A DNA stretch of 64,000 bases from Octopus vulgaris (GCA_951406725.2 OX597838.1:744001-808000), one strand, 5' to 3'. Positions 1-13,390 are shown, numbered from the stretch's first letter. The notes: generated from the letters alone by a model not told the origin. Translations and numbers: made by a program.

Positions 1-42
1 ACACAGACACACACATAATATATACATACAATACATGTATAA

Positions 43-78
<36 letters not shown>

Positions 79-168
79 GTGTGTGTGTGTGCTGTATATA
101 AGTATATATGATTATATTTATGCATATATGTATATTCATATCATATATGTTTTAATAATAAATATATT

Positions 169-211
<43 letters not shown>

Positions 212-254
212 TAATATAAATAACACACATATCTCAAACAAACACACACATCCA

Positions 255-301
<47 letters not shown>

Positions 302-727
302 TTCTCACAGAATGGCTGACTTCACATTAGTTATCTATTAATGGAGAGGCGGAAGTTGTGAAGTTTACGGAAAACAGTTGATAGCAAGGCATTTCAAGAG
401 GATATTTAATTTCAGCTGAATAAAAGAAAAAAAATCCATTAACAAAAGAAATAAACAGTGTTATTCCATTTTTTCTTATTTTCTCGTAAGAAAATCTTGT
501 TGAGATGTGGGGAAAAAAACAAATAAAACGGTTTGTGTAATTAACTGCGGCACTGCAAGGCGTGTCGTCTGCTCTTGATTTACGGAGGTTAAAGTTGAGA
601 ATATCGTCTGATGCTGTGAGAGACTCTATATTCAGCAACAGTTAAAGCTTAACTATGAAAGTATATACCCGTGTGTATGTATAAACATCTCTGTAAGCAT
701 ATACATATATATGTGTGTTTGTGGCTG

Positions 728-770
<43 letters not shown>

Positions 771-940
771 TGTGCGTACATGTGTCTGTGTGTGCGTGTG
801 AGTGCATGTCATCCTCTCTCTCACCCGCTCTCTCCCTATATATATATATGTATGCATGCATGTGTGCAGATTTATATGTTTTTGTTTTATGTACGTATTC
901 TCATGCATATAGCTGCATATCTAGAGATGCTCATATATAT

Positions 941-1700
941 TTAAATGATAAATATCTGGAAAGTTTTAGAGATTTTTACTGCTCCAGTAATGGATTGGCT
1001 CTGCAGTCTTCGAATTTCTGGTTTTGAGAAGCCTAATTTCTCAAGATAGGCATTTAGCCAGTGTGATACATATTCCAGGGCCCCAATAATTTCAGGTATA
1101 AACCTGAACTTGTAATCTGGATAGAGTAACTTCAGATTTCTCAAAAGTTCAGCATAGGTGTTCTCTCTTTCGCTGATCTTCAGTTTTATGTTAACAACCG
1201 CTGGGCAGCTAATTTCCACAACTGTACGCAGTTTCTCTTCTCTATCCCAAATCATCATATCAGGTCTCTTGTGTTTACATTTTATTGAGGTTTTCACTGG
1301 GACATTCCTCCAGTATTCCTTTTTATTATGAGTGGCTATGACTTCTACCATATTGTGGGTTCTTATTTCTTTGTCCTCGGGATTATCCTTCCGACGGATT
1401 TCATTATAGTGTGTTCTAGCTACAACATCATGTCTCATCGGTAAACGTCCAATCAAGCAGTTCAAATGTTGGCATCAGTACTGGCACTGCAAACACATTG
1501 TGGGCCACAGTTTTAGTGAATGCAGAGAGTTCAGAGGTCCAAGTTTTCTTTATTCGCCTGTAATACTCTTTAGTGACGCGTGTTTTGTTATAAGTGCCAT
1601 TGCAAGATATGTTTTCATCCACCCCTAGATACCTGTAACATTCCTCGTCAGATATCGGGGAAGTAGTCAAAACATTGATGGAGATGTTGCTAGCCTGATT
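941..1700 (-). mobile_element. R4/Dong-like (RLE-type) non-LTR retrotransposon fragment, internally deleted ORF 3' part
   Basis: Minus-strand translations give the RT C-terminal block YRYLGVDEN...EYYRRIKKTWTSELSA...NVFAVPVL (1428-1913 ORF), then RHDVVA...KHKRPDMMIWDREEK..VVEISCP (PD-(D/E)xK restriction-like endonuclease, 941-1465 ORF). The intervening linker and CCHC knuckle are missing. Confidence 0.85.
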
Positions 1701-1951
1701 TACAGTATATATGTATGTATATATGTATGCATGCATGCATGTATGTATGTATGTATGTATGTATGTATGTATGTATGTATGTATGTATGTATGTATGTAT
1801 GTATGTATGTATGTATGTATGCATGCATGTATGTATGTATGTATGTATGTATGTATGTATGTATGTATGTATGCATGTATGTATATCGAGTGTACAGTCA
1901 GATGCACGACCACTTGCGTCTATCATAATTTCTTACACATACATATATACA

Positions 1952-1992
<41 letters not shown>

Positions 1993-1993
<1 letters not shown>

Positions 1994-2204
1994 TCGCCAT
2001 GTTGATTCGTTAGCTACTGCACGCATTTTTTTTCTCTCCTTCTTTCTGAGTTTTTTTTCTCTCTGTGTATCTTTCTGTTGAAGAGCGTAGGCTCGAAACG
2101 TTAAAGACTTGTTTTATTTATATTTCCTGAGCGCCATACTAATACAATTGTTCGTTTGTTTTCCACCTGCCTTCGTCTTTTGTCTATTTTCATAAAGCTT
2201 CCCG

Positions 2205-2206
<2 letters not shown>
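1993..2206 (+). mobile_element. Penelope-like terminal-repeat remnant with minimal hammerhead-like motif, inserted in (TA)n
   Basis: About 210 bp unit flanked by TA runs, with a homologous copy in reverse orientation at 41222-41408. Contains TCTTT-CTGTTGA-A-GAGC-GTAG-GCTC-GAAA-CG-TT-AAAGA (2070-2107). Confidence 0.7.
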
Positions 2207-2265
<59 letters not shown>

Positions 2266-2612
2266 TACACATACATACATACTTGCAGGGTAATGTAAAT
2301 GTATGTGTGTGTGCATACATATAAGAATATGTTATGTGCAAATGTATGACTATACTTGTACATAGATGTATGTACGTGTGTGTACGCATGCAGATAGATA
2401 TGTGTGTGCTTGTTTACACATGCACAAAACCACACACATCTATGCACTCACTCACACACACACGCACGCACGCACACACACGCACAATCACACACATACA
2501 CATCTATCTCTCTGAAGCATCATTGAACACTTCATCCAACCAAATGTATCGACCATCCGCCATGAAGCTCACTCTTTAAATATCCTTATCTCATAGCAAC
2601 AACTCTACTCAC

Positions 2613-2729
2613 CACTCTGTATTTAACTAAGTGGTGGTGGTCGTAGTGGGGGCGGTGGTTCGGATGTAGTGCTGTGTGTGTCACATGCCCAGATGGTCGT
2701 TCCTTCCCTCATGCCGTAGCCAAATGTCC
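2613..2729 (-). other. Candidate non-coding exon
   Basis: Minus strand: ...aatgttgtag|GGACAT ... AGAGTG|gtgagt, in unique GC-richer sequence. Stops occur in all three frames and the polypyrimidine tract is weak. Confidence 0.25.
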
Positions 2730-3653
2730 CTACAACATTGACTTCAGATAACAGACAACAAGAGACGCGAGTGTGTTTGTTTTAGACTTACACACAAACA
2801 CACACACACGCGCATATGCACATACAGACACACACACATACATGTATTTCGTATGCGTGGTTTAGTCACAAGTTTCAGTTCTGTTTTGTATATTTCTGGC
2901 TGTACGCCGTCTCTCTCGTTTCTTCCTTATACACACATACATAGTTACATACGCATATATATATATATATACATACAGATATACATACACACAAATACGC
3001 ACACACACAAACACACAGACACACAAACAAACACACACACACAGTCAATTCAAATAAACGAGTAAAATTAACGGACAACAAGAAGACGTGCACAAGAACT
3101 GTATTAGTTTGACTCTTGGTGAAAGGAGAGAGTTTGATATTTCGAGCAGAGCTCTTCGTCGGAAAGAAGCCAGGGAAAAGTCCAAAGGAAAAAAGCCTTG
3201 CTGTACCACGCGACTGCATCGGAGCACCACCCACCCTCCTCTGTCTTTCATTATTAATCTCTGAATGACATACACAACAAACTTACTCTATATACAGTTT
3301 TGAGTTCTCTTTTAGTTTGTAAACTTAAGTGTAAGAAGACATGTTTACCAATGCAGCATCGGCATTTCATGTGTGTGTGTGTGTGTATGTGTGTGTGTGT
3401 ATGTGAATGTCATAAATACACATATATTCCACACACAGCGGCACTCGTTGCTCAGCATCTGAAGGTGGCGTCTCAAGCAACTTGCTTCGTCAGGTATGAC
3501 TTGCTCCAAGAACTCTCGACGTCACCAACAACATATCTTTATTCTATGAAATTATAACCAACCCACAGCTCGCCTGAAGTTACTTGTTGGCGCATGGCTG
3601 AGAGCTGAGTGTGTTCACGTGTTGTGAGGTTAACGTCTTGACTAGTCGAGAAG

Positions 3654-3684
<31 letters not shown>

Positions 3685-3710
3685 TGTATGTATGTATCTA
3701 TGTATATACA

Positions 3711-3817
<107 letters not shown>

Positions 3818-3926
3818 CTGTTTGTGAGTATGTAATTAAGCATTTATGAAAAGTAATATAGCCTGTTAAGTAAAATATATCGTTATAACGATTGTATCAT
3901 TATCATATATGTATGTATATATATAA

Positions 3927-3971
<45 letters not shown>

Positions 3972-4089
3972 CGTCTTCTATTTTTGACTCTGTAATTAAT
4001 CATTGTAAGTATGTAAAAGCATATATTTGTATATACATACATGTTCATATTTGCGTAAATATATACTTATACACACATAGATACATACA

Positions 4090-4159
<70 letters not shown>

Positions 4160-4235
4160 GATAATATCGATATTTAAGTATCCATATTATCTAGTGGCCA
4201 GCATGTGATCTCTTAGACACCCTCATTTTTAATTG

Positions 4236-4307
<72 letters not shown>

Positions 4308-4692
4308 ATAAGTGTATAAGTATATACTTACGTAGACATATATGTATAAAAGTGTAAAAGCATGTATACATTTATATATACACGTAAACATATACACACA
4401 CACACACGTATATATATACACGCACACATAACGTCCAGAATTAATATTTTCCCATATCACTCCGTCACGTGGTATTCTTCTTACTCCCCCCTCCCCCTCC
4501 CTTCTCCATCTCTTCACAGTGGATCACACTCACCCCTCACCGCTCACACCCTCTCTCTACACACACATCTCCCTCCACCCAAACCCTCCTTTCCAGCTCC
4601 TTCCTATATCTTATACCCTTTCCTCTTTCGTCCCTCATTTTTCATTTGTTTCTCAGCACAGTTACAAATATATACGCACACATATATATTTA

Positions 4693-4723
<31 letters not shown>

Positions 4724-5654
4724 GTTTCGTTTTTATTTATTTTGCTAATTTCTGACTAGATTCTATCTTCCTTCCTTCCTTTTTTCATTCCTTCCTTCCT
4801 CTCCACTTCACCTTACCCACTTTCTTCTCTTTCTTCTCTTTGTCTCTCTCTTCTTCTTCTTCTTCTTCTTCTTCTTCTTCTTCTTCTTCTTCTTCTTCTT
4901 CTTCTTCTTCTTCTTCTTCTTCTCCTGCTCCTTCTTCCTCTCTCATTCATCCAATCCTTCATGATGTAAGATATTTATCTACGACCGACATCTTGGAAAC
5001 CTCTGCCACACACCCACCACATCTATCCACCCTTCTTCACCACCGCCATCACCCTCTCCGCCACCGCCGCCACCATATACCACCCAGATATTTACTCCGT
5101 GCCTTATCCCATAGAAAAATCTTTCATACATCTTACATACACACACATAATATACACATTACGCATATACGCACATACAAACTCGCACATACACACCTAT
5201 ACACACGCACACACATGTCGACATATATACATATTCACATATATACACATACATACATATACCTTGTATGTAAACATGCATACATATATTGTTATATAAT
5301 AGGAAAATAATGAGAAAATAAATTCACACACATACATACATACATGCTCACGTACTTACATACACATGCATGCCGGCATATATATATATATGCACACATA
5401 TATATGTGTGTGTGTGCTTGTGTGTGTGTATGTATAAATGTATGTATATGTTAACTTTTGCTTAGAGCAAAGTATCTCTGATGTTTAGTTCAAATCTGTC
5501 TGTGCGTGCATATGTATATACATATTTGCGTATGTATATGCGTGTCGGTATATATGAATACACGTGCATACACAAATATAGACACTAACACACACAAATA
5601 CACACATACACACACACATACACACACACATACACACACAGATTGCCATATTTA

Positions 5655-5790
5655 AAGAACGTAAGCTGGTCTTTAGCGTGGTGACTTCTCACAAGCTGTG
5701 GGTTCGATTTTCGGACTGGGTGCCGTGTTGCGTCCTTCGACAAGGTACTTCATTTCTCTAGCCTACTGAGTACTATATCAGTACTGGTGC
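5655..5790 (+). mobile_element. Degenerate tRNA-derived SINE head
   Basis: B-box-like GGTTCGATT followed by GTGTTGCGTCCTTCGACAAGGTAC, similar to the SINE at 7487-7819. Confidence 0.5.
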
Positions 5791-5885
5791 GGTCTATTCC
5801 CTGTCTGTCTGTCTCTTTCTCTCTGCCCCCCCCCCCCCCCCCAACTATTACATCCTAGAAGTGCCGCCGGTTCAAAATAAGAAGG

Positions 5886-5924
<39 letters not shown>

Positions 5925-6102
5925 TGTGTGTGTGGTTTTGTGTGTGAGTGTGTGTGGTTTTGTGGGTGAGTGTGTGTGTGCGTGTGCGCGCGTGCGTGTC
6001 TGTATCTTTGCTCTCCACTTCATAAACACCTACAATTATTACCGACTTGGCACACGGTACCAACTTACGCTAGCTCGCCAGTGACGGCTACGATATATAT
6101 AT

Positions 6103-6175
<73 letters not shown>

Positions 6176-6361
6176 CATTCATTATTTTCCTTTCCTTCCA
6201 GTCTAACGACCCTCCATGTTTGTTTTCGTTCGGTTTCCACTGTCATATTCTTTGATCCCAACTTTGATCCTCCATAAAATTCTAAATATTATTTTAGAAT
6301 TTATGGGACCAAGTGTCTTTGAAGATTCATATTGTCGTTGGATGCTCGAAATGAGAAGTAG

Positions 6362-6587
6362 ATAGTTAAGTTAATTTTTGGGCTCAAAAAGCAAAAAGCA
6401 AGGCCATGTAGGGGGACATGGAGTTATGTACAGGGAGGGTGTTCATGCAAAGAGTTCAGGCCATTTCTTGTCAAGAGAGACTTTGAACCGAGCGGTCGTC
6501 GGCATCTTCACTATCTCGTCTGGCAGCTCATTCCACGGATCCGCAATCCGGACGGAGAAAGCCCCTCTCCTTCGATTGAGATAGACA
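6362..6587 (-). mobile_element. CR1-type LINE 3' end (ORF2 C-terminus plus 3' UTR)
   Basis: 6586->6443 translates VYLNRRRGAFSVRIADPWNELPDEIVKMPTTARFKVSLDKKWPELFA*, matching the CR1 terminal pattern FS.R....WN.LP..V......FK..LD. A short TTAAC-type tail follows. Confidence 0.85.
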
Positions 6588-6590
6588 GCC

Positions 6591-6732
6591 TACAACTGAT
6601 GAAGGGTCTTTTTTCTCTGTTAACTTCTGTTTTCCATTGTTTACGTATTTTACTCGTTTTTGTCCTGTCTTGTATCTATCTCTCATGTGTATGCTATTTG
6701 CACCGTTGGTGACGTTCTGTACTCATATATGC
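6591..6732 (+). mobile_element. Penelope-like terminal remnant with truncated hammerhead 5' core
   Basis: ACAACTGATGAAGGG followed by a T-rich tail ending at (TA)n; the GAAA half is missing. Confidence 0.4.
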
Positions 6733-6786
<54 letters not shown>

Positions 6787-6909
6787 TTATATATCATTTA
6801 TTGTATATAACTGATAAACACTAATTTTATGCATTCAATTTCGTTATACTATACTCACTCACGAGTGTATGAGTGCGTTTGTGTATATACACAGATATTT
6901 ATATGTATG

Positions 6910-6965
<56 letters not shown>

Positions 6966-7486
6966 CGTGTCAATATATATATATATATATATGTGGTCTC
7001 TCACACACACACACATAATCTCTCTTAGATTCTATTTCTGTTTAGTGATGTGTAAACAGCATTTACAAGTAAATATGTTTACATTCTTTAAAACCTAGTT
7101 TTAGAGGAGGGGCAGATCCCATGATGGGTGGGGGGTTTGTAGGGGTGTTTCCCCTCCCTATCCCCGCTGCAGCTGATGTCTGTGCTGACAACTGACAGGG
7201 CAATGTCCTTTGTAAGTCACTGGGAGTGGGGAGAGAGCCAAGGTCCCCGTTGGATGCTTTGTTACCAAATAAACTCCACGAAAAGAATTCGAGGACGGAG
7301 CAGGGCACTCGTTAAATTAGGTCATGTGTCACAGTCGATATCTCTTAATTACTCCTTTTCTTCTAATTAACTGTCATCCTAATTAATTAATTCTACACAC
7401 ACCAAGGCTTCCAGTCAGTTTTGATATCACTGTTTCAGGTGTCAGGTATTTCTAGGATACTGGTGGTGGTGGTGGTCATTAGTGAA

Positions 7487-7819
7487 GGCGCATGGTTCAG
7501 TGGTTAGAGCGTCGAGTTTACGGTCGTAAGGTTGTGAGTTCGAATCCCGAACCGGGATGCGTGTTGTGTTCTTGAGCAAGACACTTTATTTCACGTTGCT
7601 CCAGTTCTCTCAGCTGTAGAAATAAGTTACGACGTCACTGGTGCCAAGTTGTTTCGGCCCCTTTGCCTTTCACTTGGATAACATCAGTGGTATGGAGAGG
7701 AGAGGTTGGTATGCTTGGCCAACTGCTGGTCTTCCATAAACAACCTTGCTCTGACTTGTGCCTGGGAGGGTAACTTTCTAGGTGCAATCCCACACTCAGT
7801 CATGACCGAAGGGGGTCTC
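7487..7819 (+). mobile_element. Near full-length tRNA-derived SINE
   Basis: Head GGCGCATGGTTCAGTGGTTAGAGCG (A box) ... GAGTTCGAATCCC (B box), followed by a CORE-like GTGTTCTTGAGCAAGACACT body. No tRNA 3' acceptor stem. Confidence 0.85.
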
Positions 7820-8714
7820 AATCGGGTGGTGGAGGTGGAGGTGGTGGTGGTGTCGATTTTGTTCTTATCATTCATGAATATATTTCTAATTGTATTATTG
7901 TTATTCTTATTCATGTCTTCTTAACTGACCCTTAGGGAATGAGAATCTGGTGCTACATTAGCTCTTGTGTCCTTCCCATATAGTGGCAGAGGTTTGATTT
8001 TGTTGCCATTTCTTGCAGTTCGAGCGGTTCATTGAGGCTCCGTTGCAACTGGTTTCTCATTGACTACGGAAAAGTAAATACAAGTTACTTGACTCTTCTT
8101 TAATTAAGGTCCATTGGTGTGCCGTAAAGAGGGGGAGGGGAAGTTTAAGGTTCCGGAATGGGTCCCGTAAATGAAGTTTAAGTTTGTGAAGAATTTGAAA
8201 AAAAAAAAGCATTGATCTTGTATAATATGACGGGGTTGGATCGTTTGAAAACAGGGTCCTGGCCGGGCCCTCACAACTCATCCCTCTTCCAAACACATTT
8301 CATTTCACAAATGTTAATAACTAAGCTTCACCAACGACAAGGACCCAGCTCACACCCTTCACACCCGATTAGATATCTGTGACTTTGTCGAATTTCGGAC
8401 TTTTCCTTTCAAAATGGATTTTATTCCGTTTGGAATCCCAGTTGTGTTAAGATTTGGTGATCAACAAGAACAGATGTTGCGGCTATATTGAAGGGTTATT
8501 TCAAGGATCAGTGCCAGCCTCCAACGCCCAATGGTAGAGGGGGAGGTCTTCAGAGAACTACAACACCGTTGAGGGCAGTGTGAGCTGGAGGGAGGGGGAG
8601 AGTGTTGTATTTCAGGGTGGGAAACGGTTAAACCGGTTCCTCTTACTTTCTCTGTTTGAAGAACCTTTGTAAAATAAAATTTGAGATAGGTAAAACTAAT
8701 TTATATCCTAGATA

Positions 8715-8786
<72 letters not shown>

Positions 8787-8843
8787 TATATACACACACA
8801 TACACACAAGCACGCGCACACATATATATATATACATACATGT

Positions 8844-8886
<43 letters not shown>

Positions 8887-9180
8887 TATATTTATATACA
8901 TATATACATATGTATGTGCATATGTCTGTGTATATGTACATATAATATACGTATATGTACAAGTATGTATGTATATATATATATCTGTATAGATATAAGT
9001 TTGCACGAATATCAACCATCGAGGACCTTTTGTGTAAGTTACGAGACCATAAATGTGTTCTTCAGTTCTTCAGTGTCATAGTTTGATGCCAATCCGATCA
9101 TGATTCTCCAGCTGAACATGGCGGCATAAAACACAGTCATAAGTTATTATTTGTATTAATGGCACATACGTCTGTGTGTG

Positions 9181-9520
<340 letters not shown>

Positions 9521-9947
9521 AGGATTTTCCAAATGTGTTTAGATGCTCAAAAATAACAAATCATCAAGGAACTATCTTATTTTTCCTACTTTGGCTCCGT
9601 AGGTCATAACTAGTAATATTACTCGGTATAGAAGTTACTAAACAACTCTACAAAAAGCAGACTGGATTGTGAAAATCTATATGGAGCTCGAAGTGTAACG
9701 GTAGCAGTCCTACATGAAACACACACACACACACACGCGCACAAGTGCGTGTAAGGTTTATAGACAACAATGCACGTTCGAAAATATTAAAATAACGAAC
9801 TCAATAACTCGAATACACGTATGTGTCTGTGTGTCTGTGTATGTGTATGCGTGGCTGTATGTATATGGACGTGTGTATGCCTGCGTTTGTCTCTATATGT
9901 AAGTCTATACTCTATATAAGTGTGCATGACCTTGAATAGATATGCGT

Positions 9948-10012
<65 letters not shown>

Positions 10013-10265
10013 CGTGCGTGTGTGTGTGCGTGTGCTTGTTACAAAAGAAATCAGGTGAAGGTCAATGAACAATCTCTATTCTTTCCCCAACGGGTCTGTC
10101 GACTAAAATCAATGTCACTCTGATCCGAGGTTTATACAAGCGCTGCTCTACACCTGACCGCCGATGTTTTCGGCCGTTTCACCTTGTATGGTGCCCCATT
10201 GTGGGTCATAGTGGCACAAGGGGGTAACATGGTAGACCATGGTTGTATTGAGCAAAGTATTTAAT

Positions 10266-10670
10266 GCCGGGAAGATGGCCGAATCGTTAGCACACCAGGA
10301 CGAAATGCTTAGCAGTATTTCGTCTGCCGTTACGTTCTGAGTTCAAATTCCGCCGAGGTCGACTTTGCCTTTCATCCTTTCGGGGTCGATTAAATAAGTC
10401 CCAGTTACGCACTGGGGCCGATATAATCGACTTAATCCGTTTGTCTGTGTTTATTTGTCCTCTCTGTGTTTAGCCCCTTGTGGGTAGTAAAGAAATAGGT
10501 ATTTCGTCTGCCGTTACGTTCTGAATTCAAATTCCGCCGTGGCCGACTTTGCCTTTCATCCTTTCGGAGGTCGATAAATTAAGTACCAATGAAATATTGG
10601 GGTCGATGTAATCGATTAGTCCTCCCTCCACAAATTTGAGGCCCTGTGTCTCCAGTAGAAACGATTATTA
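10266..10670 (+). mobile_element. tRNA-derived SINE with tandemly duplicated body and (TTA)n tail
   Basis: GAGTTCAAATTCC B-box. The segment GTATTTCGTCTGCCGTTACGTTCTG...GACTTTGCCTTTCATCCTTTCGG occurs twice (from about 10315 and 10499). Related copies lie at 31677, 33790, 40650, 52850 and 62265-63120. Confidence 0.85.
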
Positions 10671-10710
10671 TTATCATTGTTATTGTTATTATTATTATTA
10701 TTATTATTAT

Positions 10711-10760
<50 letters not shown>

Positions 10761-10975
10761 TAAAATGATACAATACAGTACCAGTAATCTGCTGGGGAGT
10801 CAAAAGTTCTCTGACTTTGCCATAAACCATAAACAGAAACGATGTTTAGTTTCAGCTTTGTCTCTGTACTGAGTTCAAATCCTGATGGGTCAATTGTCAG
10901 AGGTGAAAGATATCAAGTGTCGCTTGTATCGGTGATAACCGTCTCCGGAAACAATTACCGTGTTTGGTATCATTG

Positions 10976-11036
<61 letters not shown>

Positions 11037-11084
11037 AATGTATGTGAGTATGAATGTATGTGTGTATGTATGTATGTATGTATG

Positions 11085-11135
<51 letters not shown>

Positions 11136-11154
11136 ATATATATATATATATACA

Positions 11155-11252
11155 ACGATCAGTTTCCGTCTACCAGAAGGCATTGGTCAGCCTAAGATTA
11201 CAGTAGAAGACATTTGCCCAAGGTGCCACGCAGTGGGATTGAACCTCGAACT
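11155..11252 (-). mobile_element. SINE head fragment (microsatellite-containing family)
   Basis: TTGCCCAAGGTGCCACGCAGTGGGATTGAACC matches 55950-55990. Confidence 0.75.
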
Positions 11253-11351
11253 ATGTATATATATTTATATATTTACCAGGTGGTGCTATTAAGTTAGACA
11301 TGGCCTGTGCCAATAATGGCCGAAACCTATCAAAGTATCAAAGTATCAAAG

Positions 11352-11463
<112 letters not shown>

Positions 11464-11468
11464 GTATA

Positions 11469-11542
<74 letters not shown>

Positions 11543-11799
11543 TAATGGCGTCAGTGAGTCCGAAAGGTGTCAGGTAATGCTTGAATACGTGCTATGGATA
11601 GACCATAGTTAAGTTCCAGGTTCGGTGATTGTGCGAATAAGGGGTTAAACCTAAGTCAAATATCAGCGTGTGCATATAAAAAATTTTTCCGTAATGAAAT
11701 ATAAAACCAAGAGATGAAAACAGACGTGAGATATTTAAGATAATATTTAAATTCTAATGGATTTTACTCATAAGGTATTCAAAACTTATATGAACACCA

Positions 11800-12020
11800 T
11801 TCTGCCTTAAAAATGGATCTACAAATACAATAGATCTCACATCTATTTTCTTTCCTCCACCTCACTCTCTATTTCGTATCTTATCTAAATTAACTATTGC
11901 TTAACCATCTTCTCAAACCGTCTCCGATGAAGGGATATAATAAATATCCTAGAAACAGCTGTAAGGCCTGCTTTTTATAAATGTTCTAAAATCTACAAAG
12001 CCTTGATCTTTTTATCTCAT
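11800..12020 (+). mobile_element. Penelope-like remnant with type I minimal hammerhead motif
   Basis: 11920-11967: GTCT-CCGATGA-AGGGATAT-aataa-ATATCCTA-GAAA-CAGCTG-TA-AGGC; the element ends next to a TA-rich run. Confidence 0.6.
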
Positions 12021-12335
12021 TACGGAAAAAAAAATATATATATATGTATATATACAATATATATATGTATGTACACACACATACACACATATATACATAT
12101 ATGTATGTGTGTGTGTGCGTGCGTGCGTGTATAGGTGCAGCATGACCAAGTGATTAGGAAGTTCACAACGACAAGCCAGAATTGTAAGTACGTATAGCTA
12201 TGTGTATGTATGAGCGTATATATAAGTATATACGTGTGTATGTTTGTGTATGTGTGTGTGTATACATAATATATACACACACACATATATATATATGGGC
12301 ATATATACATATGTATGTATTTATGTATATATATG

Positions 12336-12370
<35 letters not shown>

Positions 12371-13049
12371 ATATATATATATATGTATATATGTGTGTGT
12401 ATGTGTATGCATATATATATGTCTATACGTATGTATGTAGGCATGTATAAACGAACTTGTAGCATTAATGAGTGTAACATGATTTCCCATTAAATATTTT
12501 GTTGAAGTGGTTTCAAGAGGGAAAGTGAGGTGACATTTAAAATACCATTCTCTGTTAATGGAAGTCCTTCATGCGACAGACGCTGCGGGGAAAGGGGGGG
12601 TCTGGCGATGTCAACACTTGTCGCAGATGTCTTCATGGACCCAGGTCAACCGAACGGCAACTAATGGGCATCGAAACTTCATTGCAGATTTGGCTGACCG
12701 CCACCTCAACCACAATTTTGCCAGCAGACTTAGGATGAGAAGCCTTCTTACCATGACTGTCTAGATTTTATAAGAGTATCTTGGCGTTCATTGTGTGTTT
12801 TTTCCTTATTTCAGATAGAGTTGAGAAGAAACACCAACGTCTACCACAGATGTTGTTGTGACCTCATTATATGACTGGTATTGCAATTTATATAACAGAA
12901 ACAACAGACAGAAGATGCAAGGGAGTTCATGAGCCAAGGTTTAGTCATCCAGGGTCGATAGACATGTTCAGAAGAGTTCAGAAGAGTTGAGGTTATAGTA
13001 GCAACATTAGAAGGGAGAGGACTGGGTGGGTGGGTAGGGAGAAGTGAAG

Positions 13050-13390
13050 CAGCGCCATCTGGGAATGAAAGATAAAGTGTTGTAGGTAAGTTATTTAACC
13101 CTCCATGACGTCATCGTCTGCTTCTAATTCCAGAAACAAGATGGCGGATGCAAGCGTTTCATTATTAACTCTCTCTCTCTCTCTCTCTTTCTCTCACTCT
13201 CTCTCTTCCTCTCTGGTATTTCGACTTGTCTTAAATACCATACCCTAATTATAAGTTAATGAACCTCTCACACAAAATCTAGACCCAATTAATTAAATGT
13301 TGTGACCTGGAGAGTGAGTCAGTCACGTGTTAACATTTACTGGAACAGCGGTCTGGCAACAAATTCTTGATTCTCGCTTTGGCGGGAATT
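13050..13390. promoter_or_regulatory. Motif-dense regulatory island
   Basis: CTCF/YY1-like CAGCGCCATCTGG (13050), CRE TGACGTCA (13106), YY1 AAGATGGCGG (13138), AP-1 TGAGTCA abutting E-box GTCACGTG (13315-13329), E2F TTTGGCGGGAA (13378). Confidence 0.45.

Noticed and set aside
7487-7560. tRNA-like sequences (also 26750, 48210-48282, 55960-56030)
   Set aside because: A and B boxes run into SINE bodies with no complete cloverleaf; these are SINE heads, not tRNA genes
7920-8640. Complex sequence resembling a decayed LINE ORF1
   Set aside because: No motif could be assigned confidently
13086-13133. Plus-strand GTAAGT...TTCCAG mini-intron
   Set aside because: Only 48 nt and no flanking reading frame
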